A stretch of DNA of 64,000 nt from Pseudomonadota bacterium (GTDB lineage Bacteria > Pseudomonadota > Alphaproteobacteria > Rhodobacterales > Rhodobacteraceae): contig JBCCNB010000001.1 in NCBI GenBank assembly GCA_039026055.1, positions 17,240 to 81,239 on the forward strand, read 5' to 3'. Below are positions 19,683-29,110 of the stretch, piece by piece. Each line of letters opens with the position of its first letter. Within the stretch, counting starts at the first letter, position 1. The position numbers were made by a program, and so were the translations under genes. Under the pieces are notes generated by a model. The model was not told the DNA's origin and ran no database searches. It worked only from the letters and a program-made list of their open reading frames with translations.

Positions 19683-21200
19683 TTAGAGCTGATCAAACAT
19701 GGGCACGACCGCCGTCTTTGCCATGAGCGCGTCATGCAGCCTTTCAATGTCATCAGACAAGGGCGCGTCAGAGGCCCGGTTTGGCGACACCTCCTGCACA
19801 AAATCAACCAATGCCTGGCTTTTTGGTGCAATCGGCAACTTTGGCTCCCGCAGCGCATGGGCCCGGCACGCCACAATCAGTTCCACCGTGGACATTTGCA
19901 GGGAATAAGCAGCAACCACGCGCAAGGCGCTGACGGCGGTGGGCGCGCCCGCCACGCAATCTTCCACGCCATTCGCACTGGCGCTCGGCCAGATCGGGGC
20001 AGGGTGCGCCGCTTGGGACAAGCGTGAAAACAGGCTCTCGTGCAGTTTCATCAGCGGGGCCAGCCCGGCAGACGCGGCACCATCCTGAACAAGATGCGCG
20101 GGCAATCCCGACAGGGCAGGGGCCATGTGTTTGCCCGTTCGCGCGATTTGCGCTGCGGCCAGATGCACAAAGGATCGGCTGAGCGTCTCAACTGCATTGC
20201 AAAGCTCAGAGGTAAAATAGAGGCCGCCAGATACGATTTCCCCATCCTCCAACAGGACCACGGGGTTGTCGCTGACCGCATTGAGGGCAGTGTTGACGGT
20301 CTCGCGGGTCGTGCGCAGGGCCGCGGCAACCGTTCCATGGATTTGCGGGATGTTGCGAAACGACAGCGGGTCCTGCAGGCGCCGCGCTGATCCCGGCTCA
20401 AAAAGCGCACTGCCTTCAAGGCGAAGCCGCAGGTCTTCGGCCGCCGCCATTTGACCCGGCATCGGACTGAGCCGCAATGCGCGGTCATCCAACGGCGAAA
20501 AATTGGCGTGAAACGCCTCTAGGCTAAGGGCTGCCGCAGATTGGGAGAGGCTGAACGCAAACGCAGCCGCATCCAGCGCAAGCGCCGCCTCACCTGTCAC
20601 CAAACCGCTGTGCGAGGCCAGCGCCAGCCCGTCGCGCGCCCCAAGCTGCAGCGGCATCAGGCCATGGGCCGCCATTATCGCCGTGGCATTATCTTCCCGG
20701 CCCGTTTTGTCGATCATCCGACCTTCGCCGATCAGGGCCAGGCCGATGCCAGAATTGGGCAGAAGGTCGGCCACACCAATAGAGCCAATGGAGCCGACCA
20801 AGGGCGTGATCTGCGCATTCAGGCAGGCGGTCAAATGCTCGGCCACTTCGGGCCGTGCGCCACTATGGCCGCGCAGCATTGTATTGACGCGTATGATCAT
20901 GGCGGCCCGCACGGCCATGACCGATGCAGGTTCACCAATGGCATGGGCACGCCCGCGCAGCGTGTGGGTGGAAAAACGCGCGATGTCGTCGTCTGTCAGC
21001 CCCTCAACAGATTTCGAACCAAGGCCCGTCGTCACGCCGTAAACTGCGTCCCCCGACGCAATCGCGCTGTCAATATGCTGTCGGGATTTTGCCATGCGCG
21101 CCAGACCCTCCGGATCAAGTGCAATCCTGACCTGAGACCCCGCCATTAAAATCAAAGAACTGACCGTCAGAGATGACCCATCGAGGACCACGTCCGTCAT
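19683..21200 (-). CDS. Aromatic amino acid ammonia-lyase superfamily protein lacking the MIO-forming ASG triad
   Basis: VYGVTTGLG, SGARPEV, RLQDPLSFR, SDNP are present, but GSIGVADL replaces GSxGASGDL. Confidence 0.85.
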   Translation of the reverse strand: MTDVVLDGSSLTVSSLILMAGSQVRIALDPEGLARMAKSRQHIDSAIASGDAVYGVTTGLGSKSVEGLTDDDIARFSTHTLRGRAHAIGEPASVMAVRAAMIIRVNTMLRGHSGARPEVAEHLTACLNAQITPLVGSIGSIGVADLLPNSGIGLALIGEGRMIDKTGREDNATAIMAAHGLMPLQLGARDGLALASHSGLVTGEAALALDAAAFAFSLSQSAAALSLEAFHANFSPLDDRALRLSPMPGQMAAAEDLRLRLEGSALFEPGSARRLQDPLSFRNIPQIHGTVAAALRTTRETVNTALNAVSDNPVVLLEDGEIVSGGLYFTSELCNAVETLSRSFVHLAAAQIARTGKHMAPALSGLPAHLVQDGAASAGLAPLMKLHESLFSRLSQAAHPAPIWPSASANGVEDCVAGAPTAVSALRVVAAYSLQMSTVELIVACRAHALREPKLPIAPKSQALVDFVQEVSPNRASDAPLSDDIERLHDALMAKTAVVPMFDQL

Positions 21201-22210
21201 GGCGACTGATCCCGATAGAGCAGGTTCTGAACCAGCTTCATCTCGCGCGCACGCTCAAGGATCTTTGCGCCAAGTGCGATATCGCCGGTGGACATCCCGC
21301 GGTGCCAAAAGAGGATCGTTTCGTCATCTGACTCTCGCCCCGGCTTCAGACCGGCGGCGATCTCTCCAATCTCGGCGTAAAAGCTTTCGGTGGTGATCTT
21401 TCCGGCGTTGATATGAGGCCGCAGCGCACCCAGATGACCAGCATTCATTTGCCCCAAATCATCCATCACGAATTTGTCGATGCCGTCGACGAAATCCAGC
21501 GGCAGGGCGCTCATCGTGCCGTAGGGCACAACAAATGCGCCGGGCCGCAACCAGCTGCGGTCAAAGAGCGGCGTAGGTTCTGTCAGACGCGTGGCTTCCA
21601 CAAGAATATCCGCCCCCGAAAGACAGCTTTCCCAATCCTCGGTCACGATGATGTCCTTGCCCAAATCACGGCGCAGTTTCTCGCCAAAGGCATCGCGGCT
21701 TTCGGTGCGGCGCGAATGGACCCTTATTTCGTCAAAATCGAACACGTGATCCAGAAGGCGCACATTCCAATAGGCCGTGCCACGCGCGCCCACATGTCCC
21801 AGTACTCTGGGCTTTTGAGGGGCGAGCCATTTGGCCCCCAGCGCCGTCAGCGCCCCGGTGCGCATGTCGGTGATCCCAGCAGCATCAATCACCGCGCGCG
21901 GCATGCCCGTCCGGGGGCAGAACAGGTTCAGCAGGGCCAATTCCGATGGCAGCCCCTGTTTGTAGTTGTTGTAAAAGTCGCCGACAATTTTGACCCCGGC
22001 ATAGTCGAGCGGTTTCACATATCCCCGCAGCACGTTGAAATGCCCATCCACCTCTGGATTGGGCGTCAGATGCATGCGCGGTTCAATCACCGTCTCGCCG
22101 CGACCAGCCGCGATCAGGCCGCCTTCGATGGCATCAAGAATGTCGTCATTGGACAGGTTAGTCTTGTCGATCTCGGGTTGGCCCAGGTATTCAATTTCTA
22201 TCTTGGTCAC
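21197..22210 (-). CDS. Ornithine cyclodeaminase/mu-crystallin family protein (start at GTG 22210 or ATG 22240)
   Basis: AGVKIVGDF..N...GLPS, ITDMRTGA, GHVGARGTA Rossmann loop, GRESDDETILF, GMSTGD; ATGA overlap with the lyase. Confidence 0.85.
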   Translation of the reverse strand: MTKIEIEYLGQPEIDKTNLSNDDILDAIEGGLIAAGRGETVIEPRMHLTPNPEVDGHFNVLRGYVKPLDYAGVKIVGDFYNNYKQGLPSELALLNLFCPRTGMPRAVIDAAGITDMRTGALTALGAKWLAPQKPRVLGHVGARGTAYWNVRLLDHVFDFDEIRVHSRRTESRDAFGEKLRRDLGKDIIVTEDWESCLSGADILVEATRLTEPTPLFDRSWLRPGAFVVPYGTMSALPLDFVDGIDKFVMDDLGQMNAGHLGALRPHINAGKITTESFYAEIGEIAAGLKPGRESDDETILFWHRGMSTGDIALGAKILERAREMKLVQNLLYRDQSP

Positions 22211-22627
22211 AGGTTTGGCCCCCTTTTTTCGTTTTGGCACAATGCCTTGCTGTCCTCGTTGCGAGGCGATCCCAAAGGCTCAAACCGTGTGGCGTATCGG
22301 AGCCTGGGTCGGCTCCTTCCATGCCCCATGCGTTAGACATGCATCCAAAGGCCCGGACCGATCATGAAACATCACCATACCCAAGCGCTTTAAAAAGCCC
22401 ATACCGAAGCCGCATCATTATGGCATCACATTTGCACCAAGCGCCGACCACGTTCGAACACTGTACCATCCCTTGCCAGCACCTTATTGGGGTTTTGGAA
22501 CAAACAGGATCATCTGTGTTCCGCATGGAATGGTCGCATTCTCAAGGAGGGACCACAGTCAACGATACGCACCTGCGTATCATCCACTGCTTCTGAAGTA
22601 GCCGTTACTTTGTAGCTGATAGTATTT

Positions 22628-22702
22628 TGGCTCCGGCGGTAGGGATCGAACCTACGACCAATTGATTAACAGTCAACTGCTCTACCGCTGAGCTACGCCG
22701 GA
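22628..22702 (-). tRNA. tRNA-Asn (GTT)
   Basis: Minus strand reads TCCGGCGTAGCTCAGCGGTAGAGCAGTTGACTGTTAATCAATTGGTCGTAGGTTCGATCCCTACCGCCGGAGCCA; cloverleaf with encoded CCA. Confidence 0.97.
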
Positions 22703-22772
22703 ACACGAGCCGCCGTATAACAAGGGTCCGGGCCTGCGTAAAGTGGATTTGTTGGGAAATATGCCTGAGCTT

Positions 22773-23681
22773 TCAGGTCTTCTGAAAGCGCGCTGTTTCG
22801 GTCAGGTCTCCAATCGAACGCACTTGATTTTTCATATATAGATCAACGAGATGGGCCAGGATATTGCGTTCGGCAGCGAACAAAAGGCGGGCCGGCGTGT
22901 CGGTGTATATGGCACGGGCCAGCTCTGATGGGGTGGCGGGGCCCTCGGTCAGCGCCTCAAGGATCGCCGCCTCGCGTGACAGGCGGTGGGTGATCAACCA
23001 CTCAAGCCGCGCCATCGGCTCCGTTATCGGCGCGCCGTGGCCTGAATGGAAAACGTCCGCGCCACGCGCTTGCAGCCGCCGGCAGGACGCCATGAAATCT
23101 GTCAGATCCCCGTCGGGGGGCGACACCAGAGAGCTGGCCCAGCCCATCACCAGATCGCCCGTGAAAACGCAGCCGTCCCACGCAAAACACAGGTGATTAC
23201 CAAGATGCCCCGGTGTCCACAAAGCCGTCAGTGACCAATTGGATCCTGCAATCTCTTCTTCATCCGACAGGCAGTGATCAGGAATAAAGGCTTCATCGAT
23301 CCCTTCACCGCGATCCGTTAGCCCCGCTGCGGTCAGTTTGGCCATGATGTCACTGCGGCCTGTGCCGGATCGGCCGTAAGCGTAAACCGGGGCGCCCGTG
23401 GCCGCGCTGAGGGGCCTGGCGAGCGGTGAATGATCCCGGTGTGAGTGGGTCACAAAGATATGGCTGATGTGCTGGCCGGGTTCCAGCGCGTCCAGAATGG
23501 CGCTCAGATGCCCTTCATTGTCCGGACCGGGATCAATCACGGCGATGTCGCGCGTGCCCAACAGATAAGTGTTCGTCCCGCGATAAGTCATGGGGGAGGG
23601 GTTGGGTGCCAAAACACGCCGCAGGCCCGGGCCCAGTTCCTCGGCCACACCTGTTTTGGGGTCAAAATCCGCATCATTCAT
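22773..23681 (-). CDS. MBL-fold metallo-hydrolase (LACTB2-like) with a C-terminal winged helix
   Basis: APNPSPMTYRGTNTY, THSHRDHS, TPGHLGNH, GDLVMG, SGHG. Confidence 0.9.
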   Translation of the reverse strand: MNDADFDPKTGVAEELGPGLRRVLAPNPSPMTYRGTNTYLLGTRDIAVIDPGPDNEGHLSAILDALEPGQHISHIFVTHSHRDHSPLARPLSAATGAPVYAYGRSGTGRSDIMAKLTAAGLTDRGEGIDEAFIPDHCLSDEEEIAGSNWSLTALWTPGHLGNHLCFAWDGCVFTGDLVMGWASSLVSPPDGDLTDFMASCRRLQARGADVFHSGHGAPITEPMARLEWLITHRLSREAAILEALTEGPATPSELARAIYTDTPARLLFAAERNILAHLVDLYMKNQVRSIGDLTETARFQKT

Positions 23682-23749
23682 GGTTCCTCTTACAAGAGCC
23701 ACCCAAACTTGTCATTGCAGCGATTGGACCATTCGCCATAATCCGTCTC

Positions 23750-25054
23750 ATGACGTTCCGATGGCTCAAAAGCTACATGCCGGGCTCGCTTTATGGGCGG
23801 GCGGCGCTGATCCTGCTGTTGCCGGTGATCACCGTTCTTCTGGTGGTGTCAATCGTCTTCGTGCAGCGCCATTTCGACGGGGTGACCACCCAGATGACCG
23901 GCTCCGTGTCTCGGGAGGTGCGGCTGATGCTGGAAAGCGGGATGCCTGTGGACGAGCTGAGCACGTCCCGAATGGCGCAGACCCTTGCGATCAATGTCAC
24001 TGCGGTGGAGCCCGCCGCCGTGCCTGGCGCGGATGGCTGGCGCTGGTTTGACTTCACCGGGGCCATCGTGGTCCGGGAAATGCGGCGCTTCTTTCCAGAT
24101 ATCCTGTCCGTGCAATTGCCCGACCACCGAATTGTCGCGCTCTATTTCGAAGGCGAAGATGGCCCGTTCGAAATGGTGTTTGATCGTCGCCGCGCCTCGG
24201 CTTCGAACCCCCATCAGTTGCTCGTCAACATGGTGGGCTTTGCCACGTTGATGACCGTAATCGCGTATCTTTACCTGCGCAATCAACTGCGCCCCATCAC
24301 CCGGCTGGCGCGCGCGGCCAAAGCCTTTGGCAAGGGGCAGCACCTCATCTATCACCCTGCAGGCGCGGTGGAAGTGCGCGCAGCAGGGCAGGCCTTCGTG
24401 GAAATGCGCGACCGGATTGAGCGGCAGATCGAACAGCGCACCCTCATGCTTTCTGGCGTGAGCCACGACCTGCGCACGCCCCTTACACGGCTCAAACTCG
24501 GCCTGTCGATGATCGATGCGGAGGACCGCCCTGAGATGGAGCGCGATGTCGAAGACATGGAACGCCTTATCACGGAATTCCTCGATTTTGCGCGCGGCGC
24601 CCAGCAGGGCGATATGGAAGATGTGGATCCCCGCGCCTTCGTCACCCAGATCGTGCAGGATGCCGAACGGGCCGGGAATGCCGTCAGCTTGCATGACGTA
24701 AAAGGGCAGGGTGCCGTGATGCTGCGCCGCGATGCCGTCCGCCGCGCAGTGGAAAACCTTATCAACAACGCTGTGCGCTATGGCGGCCGGGCGGAGGTCT
24801 CTGTCAAGCTGACGCCGCAAATGCTGATCATCCGCGTAGAAGATGACGGGCCGGGCATTCCGCAGGCACAGCGCGAAGAGGCTTTGAAACCGTTTTCTCG
24901 GCTCGACGCCGCGCGCAACCAGAACCTCGGCAGCGGTGTGGGCCTTGGCCTTGCCATCGCGGCAGATATCGCACGCAATCACGGCGGCGCAGTGCAGCTG
25001 GGGGAAAGCGCGCGTCTGGGCGGGCTCAGTGCTGAATTTCAGGTGGCGCGATGA
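23750..25054 (+). CDS. Membrane sensor histidine kinase (EnvZ-like, HAMP-HisKA-HATPase)
   Basis: Two TM segments; SGVSHDLRTPLTR, NLINNAVRY, EDDGPGI, GVGLGLAI. Confidence 0.9.
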   Translation: MTFRWLKSYMPGSLYGRAALILLLPVITVLLVVSIVFVQRHFDGVTTQMTGSVSREVRLMLESGMPVDELSTSRMAQTLAINVTAVEPAAVPGADGWRWFDFTGAIVVREMRRFFPDILSVQLPDHRIVALYFEGEDGPFEMVFDRRRASASNPHQLLVNMVGFATLMTVIAYLYLRNQLRPITRLARAAKAFGKGQHLIYHPAGAVEVRAAGQAFVEMRDRIERQIEQRTLMLSGVSHDLRTPLTRLKLGLSMIDAEDRPEMERDVEDMERLITEFLDFARGAQQGDMEDVDPRAFVTQIVQDAERAGNAVSLHDVKGQGAVMLRRDAVRRAVENLINNAVRYGGRAEVSVKLTPQMLIIRVEDDGPGIPQAQREEALKPFSRLDAARNQNLGSGVGLGLAIAADIARNHGGAVQLGESARLGGLSAEFQVAR

Positions 25055-25152
25055 TCAACCAGATCTTCGGCGAAACACGTTTGCCAAATCCCTTATACAC
25101 GTCTAAAAAACCGGCGTTTAGAGCATTTTTCCAGTGTCTTACCCAAAGGCTC

Positions 25153-25181
25153 TTGACGCCTATCCGTGCAGGCTCTAGTGA
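25153..25181 (+). promoter_or_regulatory. Candidate sigma70 promoter for the rpsM operon
   Basis: TTGACG-17 bp-TAGTGA, about 155 nt upstream of rpsM. Confidence 0.45.
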
Positions 25182-25336
25182 CCACCATCCCTAACCAGGA
25201 CTTGATTCGAATGCGCTATGGTTTTGCGTATCGCATCACAGACTGAAATTCAGCTGCGGCTCGCATGATTTATGTCGAGCCGACGTTGTGAAAAAAGGTT
25301 CTGGAGCTACGGAACCGCAACGAAAGGACAAGACAC

Positions 25337-25705
25337 GTGGCACGTATCGCCGGCGTTAATATCCCGACCAATAAACGGGTCCCAATCGCCCTCACTTATA
25401 TCACCGGAATTGGCCATGCTTCGGCCAAAGAAATCTGCGAAGCGGCTGGCATCGACCAGACCCGTCGCGTTAATGAGCTCTCTGACGCTGACCTGTTGAA
25501 GGTGCGCGAACATATCGACGCCAATTACACTGTCGAAGGCGACCTGCGCCGCGAAGTGCAGATGAACGTCAAGCGCCTGATGGATCTGGGTTGCTACCGC
25601 GGCCTGCGTCACCGCCGCAACCTGCCGGTTCGCGGTCAGCGCACGCACACCAACGCACGCACCCGCAAGGGCCCGGCGAAACCCATCGCCGGCAAGAAGA
25701 AATAA
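25337..25705 (+). CDS. rpsM: 30S ribosomal protein S13
   Basis: [10 protein letters not shown]...[26 protein letters not shown]. Confidence 0.98.
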   Translation: MARIAGVNIPTNKRVPIALTYITGIGHASAKEICEAAGIDQTRRVNELSDADLLKVREHIDANYTVEGDLRREVQMNVKRLMDLGCYRGLRHRRNLPVRGQRTHTNARTRKGPAKPIAGKKK

Positions 25706-25717
25706 GGGAGAGCGGAC

Positions 25718-26104
25718 ATGGCACGTGATACCCGTAAGAAACGTAAGGTTTCCAAGAACATCGCCACAGGCGTGGCGCATGTGAATTCGACATTTAACAA
25801 CACCAAGATTCTGATCTCCGATGTACAGGGCAATGCGATTGCCTGGTCCTCGGCCGGTACGATGGGTTTCAAAGGCTCGCGCAAATCGACGCCTTATGCC
25901 GCCCAGCTGGCTGCCGAAGATGCAGGCCGCAAGGCGCAAGAGCACGGCATGAAGACGCTGGAAGTTGAGGTTCAGGGCCCCGGTTCTGGTCGCGAAAGCG
26001 CGCTGCGTGCGCTGGCGGCTGTGGGGTTCAACATCACCTCGATCCGCGATGTCACGCCGATTGCGCATAATGGCTGCCGCCCGCCGAAGCGTCGCCGCGT
26101 CTAA
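25718..26104 (+). CDS. rpsK: 30S ribosomal protein S11
   Basis: [38 protein letters not shown]. Confidence 0.98.
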   Translation: MARDTRKKRKVSKNIATGVAHVNSTFNNTKILISDVQGNAIAWSSAGTMGFKGSRKSTPYAAQLAAEDAGRKAQEHGMKTLEVEVQGPGSGRESALRALAAVGFNITSIRDVTPIAHNGCRPPKRRRV

Positions 26105-26218
26105 TTTTGGCATTTCTTTGGGGCCGCGTGTTTTTTGCACGGCCCCAATCCGCATTTTTAACCTCGGGCGTTCTCACGGCCTTTGGACATCGGGTAGAGA
26201 ACAAGAATGGAGGGTAGC

Positions 26219-27235
26219 ATGATCCACAAGAACTGGGCTGAGCTCATCAAACCAACACAATTGGACGTCAAGCCGGGCAATGACCCGCTGCGTCAGGCCA
26301 CCGTGGTGGCGGAGCCGCTGGAACGCGGCTTTGGTCTGACCATGGGCAACGCGTTGCGGCGCGTTCTGCTGTCGTCGTTGCAGGGTGGGGCGATCACCTC
26401 CGTGCAGATCGACAACGTGTTGCATGAATTTTCTTCTGTTGCCGGTGTGCGCGAAGACGTGACCGACGTGGTTCTGAACCTCAAAGGCGTGGCTCTGCGC
26501 ATGGAAGTGGAAGGGCCCAAGCGTCTGTCCATCTCTGCGAAGGGTCCGGGCGTTGTCACTGCGGGTGACATCTCCGACAGCGCAGGCATCGAGATCCTGA
26601 ACAAGGAACACGTGATCTGCCACCTCGATGACGGTGCGGATCTTTTCATGGAACTGACCGTCAACACCGGCAAAGGCTACGTGGCCGCTGACAAGAACAA
26701 GCCGGAAGATGCGCCGATTGGCTTGATCCCGGTCGATGCAATCTACTCGCCCGTGACGCGCGTGTCTTATGACGTGCAGCCCACGCGCGAAGGCCAGGTT
26801 CTGGACTATGACAAACTTACCATGAAGATCGAAACCGATGGCTCCATCACGCCGGATGATGCCGTGGCCTTCGCCGCGCGCATTCTGCAGGATCAGCTGT
26901 CCATCTTCGTTAACTTCGAAGAGCCTGAAGCGGCTGGCCGTCAGGACGAAGACGACGGTCTGGAATTCAACCCGCTTCTGCTCAAGAAAGTGGACGAACT
27001 GGAACTGTCTGTCCGTTCGGCAAACTGCCTCAAGAACGACAACATCGTCTATATCGGCGATCTGATCCAGAAGACCGAAGCCGAGATGCTGCGCACGCCG
27101 AACTTCGGCCGCAAGTCGCTCAACGAGATCAAGGAAGTGCTCTCCGGCATGGGCCTGCACCTCGGCATGGATGTCGAAGACTGGCCGCCGGACAACATCG
27201 AGGACCTCGCCAAGAAGTTCGAAGATCAATTCTAA
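26219..27235 (+). CDS. rpoA: RNA polymerase alpha subunit
   Basis: [44 protein letters not shown]. Confidence 0.98.
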   Translation: MIHKNWAELIKPTQLDVKPGNDPLRQATVVAEPLERGFGLTMGNALRRVLLSSLQGGAITSVQIDNVLHEFSSVAGVREDVTDVVLNLKGVALRMEVEGPKRLSISAKGPGVVTAGDISDSAGIEILNKEHVICHLDDGADLFMELTVNTGKGYVAADKNKPEDAPIGLIPVDAIYSPVTRVSYDVQPTREGQVLDYDKLTMKIETDGSITPDDAVAFAARILQDQLSIFVNFEEPEAAGRQDEDDGLEFNPLLLKKVDELELSVRSANCLKNDNIVYIGDLIQKTEAEMLRTPNFGRKSLNEIKEVLSGMGLHLGMDVEDWPPDNIEDLAKKFEDQF

Positions 27236-27241
27236 GGAATA

Positions 27242-27264
27242 GGTGGGGTGAAACCCCACCCTAC
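27242..27264 (-). repeat. GTAG-type REP-like palindrome; degenerate relative at 5710-5730
   Basis: Minus strand GTAG-GGTGGGG-TTTCA-CCCCACC; the second copy reads GGAG-GGTGGG-TTTCA-CCACCC. Confidence 0.5.
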
Positions 27265-27399
27265 CATTCTGTACAAAATGGGGTTTGGCCGTTTCGAACT
27301 TACCCCAATTTGTACAAAACCCGGGCAATCCCGCCCCAAGGAGAGTTGGTGACACGCATCGCCAATCGGACAAAGTATAAACCGTAAGGAGACCAAACC

Positions 27400-27825
27400 A
27401 TGCGTCACGCAAGAGGCTACCGCCGCCTGAACCGAACCCATGAGCACCGCAAGGCTTTGTGGGCCAACATGGCCGGCTCGCTCATCGAACATGAGCAAAT
27501 CAAGACCACGCTGCCGAAAGCCAAAGAGCTTAAGCGCGTCGTTGAAAAGTTAATCACACTCGGCAAACGCGGCGATCTGCACGCCCGCCGCCAGGCCGCG
27601 TCGCAGCTGAAACAGGACATGCACGTCGCCAAACTCTTCGAGGTTCTGGGCCCGCGTTATGCCGAACGCTCGGGTGGTTACACCCGCGTTCTGAAGGCCG
27701 GTTTCCGCTACGGTGACATGGCCCCGATGGCGATTATCGAATTCGTGGATCGCGATGTGGACGCCAAGGGCGCCGCTGACCGTGCGCGCAATGCCGCTGA
27801 AGAAGCCGCTGAAATCGAAGAATAA
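27400..27825 (+). CDS. rplQ: 50S ribosomal protein L17
   Basis: [40 protein letters not shown]. Confidence 0.98.
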   Translation: MRHARGYRRLNRTHEHRKALWANMAGSLIEHEQIKTTLPKAKELKRVVEKLITLGKRGDLHARRQAASQLKQDMHVAKLFEVLGPRYAERSGGYTRVLKAGFRYGDMAPMAIIEFVDRDVDAKGAADRARNAAEEAAEIEE

Positions 27826-27846
27826 ATTCGGGATCACCCGGAAAAG

Positions 27847-27878
27847 AAAAACCCCGCTCAGGCCGAGCGGGGTTTTTT
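27847..27878. terminator. Bidirectional intrinsic terminator between rplQ and gap
   Basis: AAAAACCCCGCTC-AGGCC-GAGCGGGGTTTTTT. Confidence 0.85.
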
Positions 27879-27899
27879 GTTGCTTGGTCTTTGACGGGC

Positions 27900-28901
27900 T
27901 CAGCCGATCCGGCCCATCTCCACGGCCACATCTGCCATCCGGCACGAAAAGCCCCATTCATTGTCATACCAGGCCAGCACCCGAACCAAGCGGCCACCCG
28001 TGACCCGCGTCTGCGCCGGTGCAAAGATGGAGCTTTCTTCAGTATGGTTAAAGTCCACGCTGACCTTCGGCTCAGGATCATACCCCAGAACACCCTTCAG
28101 CTTGCCCGCCGCGGCCTCTGCCACCACCTCATTCACATCATCCGCAGTGACATCTTTCTTCGCCAAAAAGGTCAAATCCACCGCTGACACATTCGGCGTC
28201 GGCACACGAATAGCCGACCCATCCAGCTTACCCTTCAGGTCCGGCAACACCTCCCCCAGAGCCTTCGCCGCCCCCGTCGACGTCGGTATCATCGACATCG
28301 CCGCCGCCCGCGCGCGATAGAGATCCTTGTGGCGACGATCCAGCGTCGGCTGATCGCCCGTATAGGCGTGGATCGTGGTCATGATGCCGCTCTCGATCCC
28401 GATGCCTTCGTGCAGAACCTTGGCCACAGGCGCGAGGCAGTTGGTGGTGCAGGATCCGTTGGAGATCATCTTTTCACTCGCCTGCAGGTCCTCGTGGTTA
28501 ACGCCGTATACCACTGTCCGATCAACATTTTTCCCTGGGGCAGACAGCAAAACCTTGCCTGCGCCCTGATCCAAATGCGCCTTGGCCTTTTCGCCGTCAT
28601 TGAACTTGCCCGTGCATTCCAGCACCACGTCAACGCCGGACCAATCGAGCTCTTTCATGTCATAAGTGGAAAACATTTCCATCGGGCCGCGACCCAGATC
28701 CATGGTGCCCTCGCCAATGGTCACTTCATTGGGAAACCGACCATGCACGCTGTCATATTTGATCAGGTGCGCGGCGGTTTCCAGCGGACCGGTGGCGTTT
28801 ACCTTTACGACCTTGATGTCGTTGCGCGTCGATGTGGCGATATGGGCGAGTGTCGCCCGTCCGATGCGGCCGAAGCCATTGATGCCCACGGTGATGGTCA
28901 T
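27900..28901 (-). CDS. gap: Type I glyceraldehyde-3-phosphate dehydrogenase
   Basis: GINGFGRIGR, SNGSCTTNCLAP, PTSTGAAKA, WYDNEWGF. Confidence 0.95.
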   Translation of the reverse strand: MTITVGINGFGRIGRATLAHIATSTRNDIKVVKVNATGPLETAAHLIKYDSVHGRFPNEVTIGEGTMDLGRGPMEMFSTYDMKELDWSGVDVVLECTGKFNDGEKAKAHLDQGAGKVLLSAPGKNVDRTVVYGVNHEDLQASEKMISNGSCTTNCLAPVAKVLHEGIGIESGIMTTIHAYTGDQPTLDRRHKDLYRARAAAMSMIPTSTGAAKALGEVLPDLKGKLDGSAIRVPTPNVSAVDLTFLAKKDVTADDVNEVVAEAAAGKLKGVLGYDPEPKVSVDFNHTEESSIFAPAQTRVTGGRLVRVLAWYDNEWGFSCRMADVAVEMGRIG

Positions 28902-29110
28902 GCGCGTTGCTCCTTTTGAACAAGGGTTTGGCAGCCTTGTAGACGCCGGTTTGGGGGGCGGAAAGGTCTAAACGGGGTGGTAGCGGTAACCGTTATCGCA
29001 AAACCTGTGCCGTGTCGCTCGTCCGCCCTTGCGGGCAGTCTCGCTTGGTTTGGTCTTGCACCTTTGGCAATCCGGGTTAGAGCTAAGACCTGACAGCTTG
29101 GAGACAGGAT

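Noticed and set aside
19683-21200. Histidine ammonia-lyase hutH
   Set aside because: No ASG triad and no hut genes nearby.
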